A stretch of 64,000 nucleotides of DNA from an uncultured Clostridia bacterium (GTDB lineage: Bacteria > Bacillota > Clostridia > TANB77 > CAG-508): the NCBI GenBank assembly GCA_934140005.1, contig CAKPBB010000006.1, positions 2,604 through 66,603 of the forward strand, given 5' to 3'. The notes under the pieces were generated by a model that made no database searches, was not told the DNA's origin, and worked only from the letters and a program-made list of their open reading frames with translations. The position numbers were made by a program, and so were the translations under genes. Positions 1 to 9,388 of the stretch are shown here, piece after piece; the stretch's first letter is position 1, and every line of letters starts with the position of its first letter.

Positions 1-612
1 TTTTTAGATAATCAAAATGGTGTTGCAGTTAGTTTTGGCGGAGATGTATTAGATTCATTTAGTTATATGAAAGAATATGTTGGCTCATGGGTAGGGGCAT
101 TTTCATGGAGTGGCTCTAGTGGTGAAAAAAAGTATGGAGCATTCGATAGTTTATGTTTAACTACTATGACTAACTGCACATCAATATATGTAAGTTGTGC
201 ATCAACAAATAGATTAGATGGTGAAGATTTTGCAAATTATGAAAGAGATTTTTCTTTGGAATTATCAGGTTGCAAAGTTGATAATTTTACAAATATCAAT
301 AAGGCAATACATTTAACAAGTCTAAAATTACAAAATAATAGAATATCTGATATTAGTTTCTTTTTAGATGAAATTGAAAATAGTAATATAACTGAGTTGA
401 ACTTAAAAAATAATAATTTAATTAATTTATGTACATACAAAGATAAAAATGGAAATTCAATTTCAATAAAAACAGCGGAAATTTTAGCAAAACTTCCAAA
501 GTTACAATATATAGATGTGTCTGGAAATGCTGATTTTACTGATTTTACAGCATTAAGAAACAATGGATTTGTAGAAACAGCAGAAAACAGTAAAATATTT
601 GAGAAAAAGTAA
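1..612 (+). CDS. Leucine-rich-repeat (internalin-like) protein, C-terminal part; reading frame is open to the 5' window edge
   Basis: Frame 1 has no stop from nt 1. LRR-type periodicity is visible (LTSLKLQNNRISDISFF, ITELNLKNNNLINL, LPKLQYIDVSGN). Confidence 0.6.
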   Translation, partial: FLDNQNGVAVSFGGDVLDSFSYMKEYVGSWVGAFSWSGSSGEKKYGAFDSLCLTTMTNCTSIYVSCASTNRLDGEDFANYERDFSLELSGCKVDNFTNINKAIHLTSLKLQNNRISDISFFLDEIENSNITELNLKNNNLINLCTYKDKNGNSISIKTAEILAKLPKLQYIDVSGNADFTDFTALRNNGFVETAENSKIFEKK

Positions 613-623
613 AGGATTATTAT

Positions 624-1193
624 ATGAGAAAATTAATATATGGAATTATAATATTATTAGTAATTATAATATTTTTATTTATTGAAAAAAACTATAAAGT
701 AAATAATAAAAAACAAATATCAGGCGAAAAATTTGATATTGAAGAGAAAACTAATTATACAGAAATAAAAAATAAGTTAGAAAAAGCTTTAAATACTAGT
801 AAAAAGCTAATGGAGAATTCAGAAGACTTTTCTATATATTTTGGTTTAGATTATATAAATAGCAATATGCAAGATAAAGATAGGATTGTATTAGTAAATA
901 ATTTAGAACTAAAGGATTTTTCTGCAATAAATATATATGATTCAAAAAATAATTTGATATCAAATATACCAAGTAATATTATAAAAGATAGTGACAAAGA
1001 TAATTTAGTTATAGAACCTGATAAAGATTCTTTAATAAAAATATATTCAAATGATGATAAAATCACATATTACTTTATTTTAAGAATTTCAAAAAATGGA
1101 GAAATTGATATAAAAGGGGTTTGCTATACTGTTGGAGAAAATGATGACTCAAAAATAATATGGACAGAAGAAGACTTAAGCGGTATTGAATAA
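624..1193 (+). CDS. Hypothetical membrane-anchored protein
   Basis: ORF with an N-terminal hydrophobic helix (LIYGIIILLVIIIFLFI). No recognisable family. Confidence 0.5.
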   Translation: MRKLIYGIIILLVIIIFLFIEKNYKVNNKKQISGEKFDIEEKTNYTEIKNKLEKALNTSKKLMENSEDFSIYFGLDYINSNMQDKDRIVLVNNLELKDFSAINIYDSKNNLISNIPSNIIKDSDKDNLVIEPDKDSLIKIYSNDDKITYYFILRISKNGEIDIKGVCYTVGENDDSKIIWTEEDLSGIE

Positions 1194-1207
1194 AGAATAA
1201 TTTTTAC

Positions 1208-1236
1208 TTGCTTTTTACAAACTTATATAGTAAAAT
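1208..1236 (+). promoter_or_regulatory. Sigma-A-like promoter, TTGCTT-17 nt-TAAAAT
   Basis: Hexamers at 1208-1213 and 1231-1236 with a 17-nt spacer, upstream of the leader ORF and carA. Confidence 0.4.
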
Positions 1237-1276
1237 CTATTACAATATAAAAAGTAATAAGTAAGGAGGAGAAAAA

Positions 1277-1381
1277 ATGTATTTTGCAAAAAATAACAAA
1301 ACAAAAAAAGCAAAACAATTTATAGATACATTTTTTTCTAATTCTTTTATATTTATAAAAAACACTAAATTTTTTATTTAG
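1277..1381 (+). CDS. Candidate 34-aa leader peptide upstream of carA (MYFAKNNKTKKAKQFIDTFFSNSFIFIKNTKFFI)
   Basis: Strong SD (AAGGAGGAG) 8 nt before the ATG. The stop codon (1379-1381) lies inside the 3' arm of the terminator hairpin. Confidence 0.3.
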   Translation: MYFAKNNKTKKAKQFIDTFFSNSFIFIKNTKFFI

Positions 1382-1390
1382 TGTTTTTTT
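1360..1390 (+). terminator. Intrinsic terminator or attenuator hairpin
   Basis: AAACACTAAA (1360-1369) pairs with TTTAGTGTTT (1377-1386), followed by a T-run. Confidence 0.6.
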
Positions 1391-1451
1391 GTAGGCTAAA
1401 AATGGTTTATAGATATAACCAAAAATCTAAATAAATTCAAAAGGAGCTAAA

Positions 1452-2516
1452 ATGAAGGGCTATTTAGTTTTAGAAAATGGGCAAATTTTTGAAGGCAAAA
1501 GAATAGGAAGTAATATTGATACTGCATGCGAAGTAGTATTTAATACAGGAATGGTAGGATATGTAGAAACATTTACAGATCCTTCCTATGCAGGTCAAGG
1601 AATTGTAATGACATATCCACTTATAGGAAATTATGGAGTATGCTTAGATGATTGTGAATCTAGAAAAATTTGGGCTAAAGCAGTGTTTATTCATAATTTA
1701 GGAGAAAATGAAAGCAATTTTAGAAGTACAGAAAATTTAGATAAATTTTTGAAAGAAAATGGAGTTCCAGGTTTAAAAGGAATTAATACAAGAAAATTAA
1801 CAAAAGTTTTAAGGGATAGTGGCACAATGAAAGGTTTTCTTACATCTAATATTGATAATATTGATGAAATTCTAGAAATTATAAATAGATATAAAATAGA
1901 AAACATTGTAGAAGAGGTTACAACAAACAAAGTTACAACTTATGGAAGAACTAAACCTAAACAAGTTGCTTTGATAGATTTTGGAGCTAAAGATAATATT
2001 ATAAATTCTTTATTAAAAAGAGGAGTTGGGGTAACTGTTTATCCAGCTAATACAAAAGCTGAAATGATTTTAGCAACAAGGCCAGATGGAATTATGCTTT
2101 CAAATGGACCAGGAAATCCAGAAGAATGTGTTCAAGAAATAGAAAATATTAAAAAATTATATAAAACTAATATACCGATTTTTGGCATATGTCTTGGACA
2201 TCAACTTATGGGGCTTGCAACTGGAGCTAAAACAGCTAAATTAAAGTATGGACATAGAGGACCAAATCATCCAGTAAAGGATTTAAAAAATGATAGAGTA
2301 TATATAACTTCACAAAATCATGGATATTATATATTAGCTGAAAGCTTAAATCCAGAAGTTGCTGAAGTATCACATATAAATTTAAATGATAATACTGTTG
2401 AAGGAATAAGATACAAAAACAAAAATATATTTACAGTTCAATTTCATCCAGAGGCTTGTCCGGGGCCAGAAGATACAGCATATTTATTTGATGAGTTTAT
2501 AGAAATGTTGCAATAG
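1452..2516 (+). CDS. carA: Carbamoyl-phosphate synthase small (glutaminase) subunit
   Basis: 354 aa. Class-I amidotransferase motif GICLGHQL and conserved N-terminus (LVLENGQIFEGK). Followed directly by carB. Confidence 0.95.
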   Translation: MKGYLVLENGQIFEGKRIGSNIDTACEVVFNTGMVGYVETFTDPSYAGQGIVMTYPLIGNYGVCLDDCESRKIWAKAVFIHNLGENESNFRSTENLDKFLKENGVPGLKGINTRKLTKVLRDSGTMKGFLTSNIDNIDEILEIINRYKIENIVEEVTTNKVTTYGRTKPKQVALIDFGAKDNIINSLLKRGVGVTVYPANTKAEMILATRPDGIMLSNGPGNPEECVQEIENIKKLYKTNIPIFGICLGHQLMGLATGAKTAKLKYGHRGPNHPVKDLKNDRVYITSQNHGYYILAESLNPEVAEVSHINLNDNTVEGIRYKNKNIFTVQFHPEACPGPEDTAYLFDEFIEMLQ

Positions 2517-2622
2517 CAGTAATATAGATATAAATTTAGATGCAATATGTACAAACAAAAAGAAGATTAAATTTCATAGGTTTTATATAAAGCCTAAATA
2601 TTAAAGATAGGATAAAGAAAAA

Positions 2623-5600
2623 ATGCCAAGAAATCAAGATATAAAAAAAGTTTTAGTAATAGGTTCTGGACCAATAATAATTGGTCAGGCTGCTGAATTT
2701 GACTATGCTGGAACTCAAGCTTGTAGAGAATTGAAAAAAGAAGGAATAGAAGTTATTTTAATCAATTCTAATCCAGCAACAATCATGACTGATAAAAATA
2801 TGGCTGATAAAATTTACATAGAACCATTAACAGTAGAAACTGTAAAAAAAGTTATAAAAAAGGAAAAGCCAGATAGTATTTTGCCAAACTTAGGTGGACA
2901 AACTGGACTAAATTTAGCAATGGAGCTTGCAGAAAGCGGATTTCTAACTGAATATAATGTTAGACTTCTAGGCACAAAAGCAGATGGAATTAGGAAAGCT
3001 GAAGATAGACAAGCTTTTAAAGATATGATGGAAGAAATTGGAGAACCATGTATATCAAGTAAAGTTGTATATAATGTTGGAGATGCAATTGATTTTGCTA
3101 AAAAAATTGGATTACCAGTGATTGTAAGACCAGCATATACATTAGGTGGTACAGGTGGTGGCATTGCTTATACAATTGAAGAATTAGAAGAAATATGTGG
3201 TAGTGGATTGCGTTTATCAAGAGTTCATGAAGTTTTAATTGAAAAATGTATTTCAGGATGGAAAGAGATTGAATATGAGGTAATGCGTGATTCAAAGGGA
3301 AACTGTATTACAATTTGTAATATGGAAAATATAGATCCTGTTGGAGTACATACAGGTGATAGCATTGTTGTTGCACCATCACAAACACTTGCAAACAAAG
3401 AATATCAAATGCTCAGAACATCAGCAATAAAAATCATTTCTAGTTTAAAAATTGAAGGCGGCTGTAATGTTCAATTTGCCTTAAATCCAAAAAGCTTTGA
3501 ATATGCTGTTATAGAGGTTAATCCAAGAGTAAGTCGTTCTTCTGCATTAGCTTCAAAAGCAACAGGCTATCCGATTGCTAAAGTTGCAACTAAAATTGCA
3601 ATTGGCTACGCATTAGATGAAATTATCAATGAAGTTACAGGAAAAACTTATGCTTGTTTTGAACCAGTTTTAGATTATGTTGTTGTAAAAATCCCAAAAT
3701 GGCCTTTCAAGAAATTTCTAACAGCAAGCAGAGATTTAGGTACACAAATGAAAGCAACTGGAGAGGTAATGGCAATTGCTACAAATCTAGAAGCAGGACT
3801 AATGAAAGCAGTTCGTTCTTTAGAAGAAAATATTGATAGTCTTATTTTACCTAAATTAAAAGAGTTCACAAGAGAAGAAATTGATGAAAAATTAAAAAAA
3901 GTAGATAATGAAAGAATATTTGTAATAGCTGAAGCTTTAAGAAGAGGAATTTCAATAGATGAAATACATGATTTAACAACTATTGATAAGTTTTTTATTG
4001 GTATAATCTCAAATATTGTTAAATTAGAAAAAGATTTACAAGAAAGAGAACTAGATGCAAATTTAATTCGAAAAGCTAAAGAATATGGATTTACTGATAA
4101 AGTCATTTCAGAGCTTTCAAAACAAAATATAAGAGAAATTAAAGCAATAAGACTTGGCAATAGAATAATTGCTAATTTTAAAATGGTTGATACATGTAGT
4201 GCGGAATTTGAAGCTAAAACACCATATTATTATTCTAGCTATGATGAAGAAGATGAAGTAAAAATAAGTGATAAGAAAAAAATATTAGTTTTAGGTTCAG
4301 GACCAATTAGAATTGGTCAAGGAATAGAATTTGATTATTGTAGTGTTCATGGAATTTGGGCTTTGAAAAAAGCTGGTTATGATACAATAATTGTTAATAA
4401 TAATCCAGAAACTGTTAGTACAGATTTTGATGTAGCTGATAGATTATATTTTGAGCCTCTTACCCCAGAAGATGTAGAAAATATTGTAGATGTAGAAAAA
4501 CCTTATGGAGCAATAGTTCAATTTGGTGGACAAACAGCAATCAAATTAACTAAAGCTTTAAGTGATATGGGAGTAAAGATACTTGGAACTCAAGAAAAAG
4601 ATATGGATAGAGCAGAAGATAGAAAAGAATTTGATGATGCTTTAAATAATTGTGGAATTTTAAGACCAGAGGGTAGTACAATTTTTACAGTAGAAGAGGC
4701 TAAAGAAGTTGCAAATAAACTTGGCTATCCAGTTCTTGTTAGACCATCTTATGTACTTGGCGGACAAGGAATGGCAATTGCTTATGATGATAAAGAAATA
4801 GAAGAATATGTAAATGAAATAAATGAGATTGCTCAAGAACACCCAATTTTAGTTGATAAATATATTTTGGGTAAGGAAGTTGAAGTAGATGCGATTTGTG
4901 ATGGAGATGATATTTTAATTCCTGGAATAATGGAACATTTAGAAAGAGCAGGAATACATTCAGGTGATAGTATTTCTGTTTATCCAACTCAAACTTTAGA
5001 TAAAAAATATGAAGAGCAAATTATTGAATATACTAAAAAAATAGCAAAAGAACTAAAAATAATAGGTATGTTAAATATTCAATTTATTGTAAGTAAAGAT
5101 AAAGTATATATAATTGAAGTAAATCCACGATCAAGTAGAACAGTACCATATATAAGTAAAGTTACTAATTTACCAATGATAGATATTGCAACAGAAGTTA
5201 TTTTAGGGAAAAAATTAAAAGATATGCCTTATGGAACAGGTTTGTATAAGAAGAGTGAATATGTTTGCGTGAAAATGCCAGTATTTTCTTTTGAAAAAAT
5301 AAAGAATGCAGATACTAGTTTAGGACCAGAAATGAAGTCAACAGGTGAAGTTTTAGGAGTAGACAAAAACTTTGAGAATGCTATATTAAAAGCGTTTATT
5401 GCTAGTGGTGTGAATGTTGCTAAAAATGGAAATATTTTAATTACTGTAAGAGATAAAGACAAAGAGGAAATGCTACCAATAGCTAAAAAATTCAAAGATA
5501 AAGGATTTATAATATATTCAACAATTGGAACAGCAAAATTCTTAAAGGAACATAATATAGAAACAATTGTTGTAGAAAAAATTTGGGAAGGAAAAGATAG

Positions 5601-5820
5601 CATTTTAGAGTTAATACAATCTGGAAAGATTAACTTTATAATAAATACTCCTACAAAGGGAAAACAAGCTAATAGAGATGGTTTCAAAATTAGGAGATTG
5701 GCAGTAGAATGTAAAATTCCTTGCTTTACATCATTAGATACGGCAAATGCACTTTATAAAGCAATTGATGATGAAGTAGAAGAAAAAGATTTAGACATTG
5801 TTGATATAACTAGAATTTGA
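2623..5820 (+). CDS. carB: Carbamoyl-phosphate synthase large subunit
   Basis: 1065 aa. Duplicated ATP-grasp halves (VLVIGSGPIIIGQAAEFDYAG and ILVLGSGPIRIGQGIEFDYC) and an MGS-like C-terminus. Confidence 0.97.
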   Translation: MPRNQDIKKVLVIGSGPIIIGQAAEFDYAGTQACRELKKEGIEVILINSNPATIMTDKNMADKIYIEPLTVETVKKVIKKEKPDSILPNLGGQTGLNLAMELAESGFLTEYNVRLLGTKADGIRKAEDRQAFKDMMEEIGEPCISSKVVYNVGDAIDFAKKIGLPVIVRPAYTLGGTGGGIAYTIEELEEICGSGLRLSRVHEVLIEKCISGWKEIEYEVMRDSKGNCITICNMENIDPVGVHTGDSIVVAPSQTLANKEYQMLRTSAIKIISSLKIEGGCNVQFALNPKSFEYAVIEVNPRVSRSSALASKATGYPIAKVATKIAIGYALDEIINEVTGKTYACFEPVLDYVVVKIPKWPFKKFLTASRDLGTQMKATGEVMAIATNLEAGLMKAVRSLEENIDSLILPKLKEFTREEIDEKLKKVDNERIFVIAEALRRGISIDEIHDLTTIDKFFIGIISNIVKLEKDLQERELDANLIRKAKEYGFTDKVISELSKQNIREIKAIRLGNRIIANFKMVDTCSAEFEAKTPYYYSSYDEEDEVKISDKKKILVLGSGPIRIGQGIEFDYCSVHGIWALKKAGYDTIIVNNNPETVSTDFDVADRLYFEPLTPEDVENIVDVEKPYGAIVQFGGQTAIKLTKALSDMGVKILGTQEKDMDRAEDRKEFDDALNNCGILRPEGSTIFTVEEAKEVANKLGYPVLVRPSYVLGGQGMAIAYDDKEIEEYVNEINEIAQEHPILVDKYILGKEVEVDAICDGDDILIPGIMEHLERAGIHSGDSISVYPTQTLDKKYEEQIIEYTKKIAKELKIIGMLNIQFIVSKDKVYIIEVNPRSSRTVPYISKVTNLPMIDIATEVILGKKLKDMPYGTGLYKKSEYVCVKMPVFSFEKIKNADTSLGPEMKSTGEVLGVDKNFENAILKAFIASGVNVAKNGNILITVRDKDKEEMLPIAKKFKDKGFIIYSTIGTAKFLKEHNIETIVVEKIWEGKDSILELIQSGKINFIINTPTKGKQANRDGFKIRRLAVECKIPCFTSLDTANALYKAIDDEVEEKDLDIVDITRI

Positions 5821-5895
5821 TATTGTAATCTAAAGAACTCACTATGCCAGTTTAGTTACTTAAAATAAAGAAGTATGAAATTTTAATGAATTAAA

Positions 5896-5924
5896 TTGAC
5901 ATGAATATAATATTATGATATAAC
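5896..5924 (+). promoter_or_regulatory. Sigma-A promoter, TTGACA-17 nt-TATAAC with TGn extended -10
   Basis: TTGACA at 5896-5901 and TG-A-TATAAC at 5916-5924, upstream of the ABC/GntR operon. Confidence 0.55.
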
Positions 5925-5948
5925 TGTACTAGTACAAATAGTACAGTT
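5922..5948 (+). promoter_or_regulatory. Palindromic operator candidate (AACTGTACT-N9-AGTACAGTT, containing the perfect 12-bp palindrome TGTACTAGTACA)
   Basis: Inverted repeat overlapping the -10 and the transcription start. The operon encodes a YtrA-type GntR repressor. Confidence 0.55.
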
Positions 5949-5974
5949 ATTTAATTTTTGGAAAGGAGTTCTAT

Positions 5975-6871
5975 ATGATAGAAATTAAAAATTTAAGTAA
6001 ATCTTATGGAAAGCAAAAAGTACTAGATAAGCTTAATTGCAATATAAAAACTGGTTGTATCTATGGGCTAATTGGTGCTAATGGTGCTGGAAAATCAACT
6101 TTACTTAGAATTATAAATGATATTTATAGAAAAGATGAAGGCGAGATTTTAATTGATGGAGAAAGAATAGAGGATAATCAAGAGCTTAAACAAAAATTAG
6201 TTTTTGTACCAGATGATTTGTTTTTTTATCCATCATATACATTAAAAGATATGGCAAAGTTTTATGAAAGCATGTATAAAAAATTTGATATGAAATATTT
6301 AGAAGAACTAGCTGGTATTTTAAAATTAGATATGAATGCTAAAATTCAAAACTTTTCAAAAGGTATGAAGAAACAATGCAGTTTGATATGTGCTATATCA
6401 ACTAATGCAGAATATATGTTTTTTGATGAAACATTTGATGGATTAGACCCAGTTGTTAGAAATTTAATGAAAAAAATTATTGCTAAACAAATGGAAAAAA
6501 ATAATACAACAATTATTATGACTAGTCACAATTTAAGAGAACTAGAAGATATTTGTGAAAACTTAGGACTTTTATATAAAGGTGGAATTTTATTTGAAAG
6601 TGAAGTCGATACTTTAAAAACAAACATTTTTAAAGTTCAAATTTCATTAAAAGGAGATTTTTCAGAAAAAGATTTTGAAAAATTAAATATATTAAGTTTT
6701 AAGAAAAGTGGCAGTGTTGCTACAATGATTGTAAAAGGCGAAAGAGAAGAATATGAAGAATATTTAAAATCAAAAAATCCACTAATTTTAGATTTCTTAA
6801 CACTAACATTAGAAGAAATATTTATATATGAAATGGAGGTATTAGGTTATGAATTTAACGAAGTTATTTAA
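5975..6871 (+). CDS. ABC transporter ATP-binding protein
   Basis: Walker A GANGAGKST, signature-like FSKGMKKQ, Walker B MFFDETFDGLD. Confidence 0.9.
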   Translation: MIEIKNLSKSYGKQKVLDKLNCNIKTGCIYGLIGANGAGKSTLLRIINDIYRKDEGEILIDGERIEDNQELKQKLVFVPDDLFFYPSYTLKDMAKFYESMYKKFDMKYLEELAGILKLDMNAKIQNFSKGMKKQCSLICAISTNAEYMFFDETFDGLDPVVRNLMKKIIAKQMEKNNTTIIMTSHNLRELEDICENLGLLYKGGILFESEVDTLKTNIFKVQISLKGDFSEKDFEKLNILSFKKSGSVATMIVKGEREEYEEYLKSKNPLILDFLTLTLEEIFIYEMEVLGYEFNEVI

Positions 6872-8930
6872 CAAGAATTACTTAATACAAAATTTAAAGA
6901 AATCAAGAACTTTATTACTTTTAACATTGTTTATAGTACCTGTATTGAATTTTTTAATTTTACTAAATGTGAATTCAAACTATATAACTACAAACATTAT
7001 GCATGTTGCTAATATTGTAAATACAGTTGGAATGTATATAATTCCAGTTGCGATTTCATATATTTTATTCGGATATGTATTTAAAAGGAAGAGTGTTGAT
7101 TTTATCGGTTCAATGCCAATAAATAGAAAAACAATTTTTACAACAAATTTAATTGGTGGAATATTACTAATATTTGCTATTCAATTGCTAAATTTTCTTA
7201 CAGCTTTATTTGCATCAATGTGCTTTAATGGGTTAGTATTACCAATTAGTATGTTAATAGATTATTTTATATTTGGCATGGTATCTTATATATTTGTATA
7301 TACAGCTACTAATATCGGCATGGCTATTTCAGGAAATCTTTTAACACAAATTGCAATTACTTTGCTTATTTTATTTTTAGTACCATTTACAATTGATGTG
7401 GTTGGAAATTTTGAGATAACCAAAACAATTCAATTTGCTAAGGATAATGCAAATATATCAGTAAATATAGAAGTAGAAAATAATTATACAATGCCTTATG
7501 GATATTTAAAAGGGCTTATTATACAAAATCCAACTTTATACTCAAATGGTAGTTTAGTTAGAACAATAGTAATGGCTGTTGTTTATGCAATAATTGGATA
7601 TTTATTATTTGAAAAAAGAAAAATGGAAAATACAGAAGAGGCTTTTCAAAATGTATGGGTACATTTATTTATAAAAGGATTAACTTTAGTCCCAATGATT
7701 GCTATATTAGTTAAATTGGAAGAAAGTATAAAAATTACAGCACTTATATTAGCATTTATATTTATATATTATTATGTATACGATCTAGTAACAAGAAGAA
7801 AAGTAAAATTAAAATTAGAAATTCCAGCATTTATCCTTACTGTTGCAGTTCTTTTTGGATGTTTTAGAATATCTAATTATTATTTTTCAGAGAAAAGTAA
7901 TGACTGGAAAACATATTCAAAAGAAGATATTAAGAGCTTAGGATTTTTCATCTTAAATCCTACAGATACAAAAAAGAGTGGATATAATTCAGAAGAAATA
8001 AAATATGAGTTTACTGATAGCGAAATAATTGATGAATTTTATGAAGGATTATTTGCAGATGAATATTTGAACTATTATGCAAGAACTGTTAGAGAAAATA
8101 ATGACACAGAATATGTTTATGTAAAAATTAGGCTAAAAGATGGTCAAGAAATAACAAAAAATATTAGATTAGTTTCAAAGAATGCTAGTATGTTAAAATG
8201 GAAAATTATACAAAATGAAGAGTACATGAAAATGGTAAAGGCTGATTTTGAGTATGGAATTGCTAGTGATAGTGTAATGATTTTCCAAAATAAAAAAGTA
8301 AAAGGAACAGAGAAAAATAATATAAAAAATATATTAAATAATTTAGTAGATAACAATTTTTCTAGCATTGTAAATAATAATAATACAAAAACATTTATAG
8401 AAAATGAGATTGATTGTTATTACTATAAAAATCATCGATTACATAAAAGAAAAGTTTTAGCAACGACAAGTGATGAATTAAAAGCTTATTTGGCTAATTA
8501 TTCAAATAGATTAGCTAAGGCAAATATAATTTTAGATGAAGATGATGGTAACCATATAACTAATGCATTAGTTTTTGAATCAAGTAGTAGTAAATATGTT
8601 TTTATGAATAGTTTTGGAGATATAAAAAATTTTGTAAAAAATAGTTCTGAAAATGTTGACCTAACAAAAGATTATTTGAAAATTTCAATTAGTCAATATA
8701 AGAATGATAATGATAGCGAACAATTATATTTCTATTCTAATGATGTCGAAAAATATGATGAATGGAAAGCAAAAAATGATGAATATGGAGATATTTATAC
8801 AATAGATAATTCTCCAGATTTAGATGAAGATTTTACAAAATATAATGCAGACGATATTGAGGTTTCTGGTGATGAAGAAGATTCAATAGATGCAGATATA
8901 AATAAAGTAACAGTCACAACTGATATATAA
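6849..8930 (+). CDS. ABC-2-type permease-like membrane protein with a ~350-aa acidic C-terminal soluble domain
   Basis: Multiple hydrophobic helices in the first ~340 aa. Overlaps the ATPase gene by 23 nt, with GGAGG ahead of the ATG. Confidence 0.6.
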   Translation: MNLTKLFNKNYLIQNLKKSRTLLLLTLFIVPVLNFLILLNVNSNYITTNIMHVANIVNTVGMYIIPVAISYILFGYVFKRKSVDFIGSMPINRKTIFTTNLIGGILLIFAIQLLNFLTALFASMCFNGLVLPISMLIDYFIFGMVSYIFVYTATNIGMAISGNLLTQIAITLLILFLVPFTIDVVGNFEITKTIQFAKDNANISVNIEVENNYTMPYGYLKGLIIQNPTLYSNGSLVRTIVMAVVYAIIGYLLFEKRKMENTEEAFQNVWVHLFIKGLTLVPMIAILVKLEESIKITALILAFIFIYYYVYDLVTRRKVKLKLEIPAFILTVAVLFGCFRISNYYFSEKSNDWKTYSKEDIKSLGFFILNPTDTKKSGYNSEEIKYEFTDSEIIDEFYEGLFADEYLNYYARTVRENNDTEYVYVKIRLKDGQEITKNIRLVSKNASMLKWKIIQNEEYMKMVKADFEYGIASDSVMIFQNKKVKGTEKNNIKNILNNLVDNNFSSIVNNNNTKTFIENEIDCYYYKNHRLHKRKVLATTSDELKAYLANYSNRLAKANIILDEDDGNHITNALVFESSSSKYVFMNSFGDIKNFVKNSSENVDLTKDYLKISISQYKNDNDSEQLYFYSNDVEKYDEWKAKNDEYGDIYTIDNSPDLDEDFTKYNADDIEVSGDEEDSIDADINKVTVTTDI

Positions 8931-8956
8931 AATTTATTTAGAAAGGTGTGACAAAA

Positions 8957-9304
8957 ATGATAAATTTAGATTATAAAAGTAGAGTTCCTATTTATGAACA
9001 AATTGTTAATGAAATAGAAAGATATGTTGTGCTTGGAATATTAAAACCAGAGGAACAATTACCTTCTGTAAGAGAGATGGCAACAGAATTAGGAATAAAT
9101 CCAAATACAGTAAAAAAAGCTTATACAGAATTAGAAAGAAAAGGTGTTACAGTTACATTATCTACTAAAGGAACATATATAGCATATAATACTCAAAAGT
9201 TAGTAGATGAAAAGATAGAAGAGAAGTTACAAGAAATTAGAAAAATTGTAGAAGAAATTGAACAGTTAGGTTTAAGCAAAGAGGAAATCAAAAATAAAAT
9301 ATAG
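8957..9304 (+). CDS. GntR-family (YtrA-subfamily, short) transcriptional regulator
   Basis: PIYEQIVNEI...LPSVREMATELGINPNTVKKAYTELE winged-HTH. ATG 8957 is preferred over GTG 8948 on SD spacing. Confidence 0.85.
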   Translation: MINLDYKSRVPIYEQIVNEIERYVVLGILKPEEQLPSVREMATELGINPNTVKKAYTELERKGVTVTLSTKGTYIAYNTQKLVDEKIEEKLQEIRKIVEEIEQLGLSKEEIKNKI

Positions 9305-9320
9305 ATTAAAAACTAAAAAA

Positions 9321-9352
9321 AGTGTGGAGGACTAAATCCTTCACACTTTTTG
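9321..9352. terminator. Bidirectional intrinsic terminator
   Basis: AGTGTGGAGGA and TCCTTCACACT form a hairpin flanked by an A-run and a T-run, between convergent genes. Confidence 0.75.
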
Positions 9353-9388
9353 TCTGTGGTTATTAGCTAAACCACGAAAAGGAAAAAC

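Noticed and set aside
1194-1451. PyrR attenuator or T-box/arginine-type riboswitch upstream of carA
   Set aside because: No PyrR-binding loop (ARUCCAGAGAGGYU-like) and no T-box sequence is visible. Only the sORF-plus-terminator arrangement is seen, and it is reported separately.
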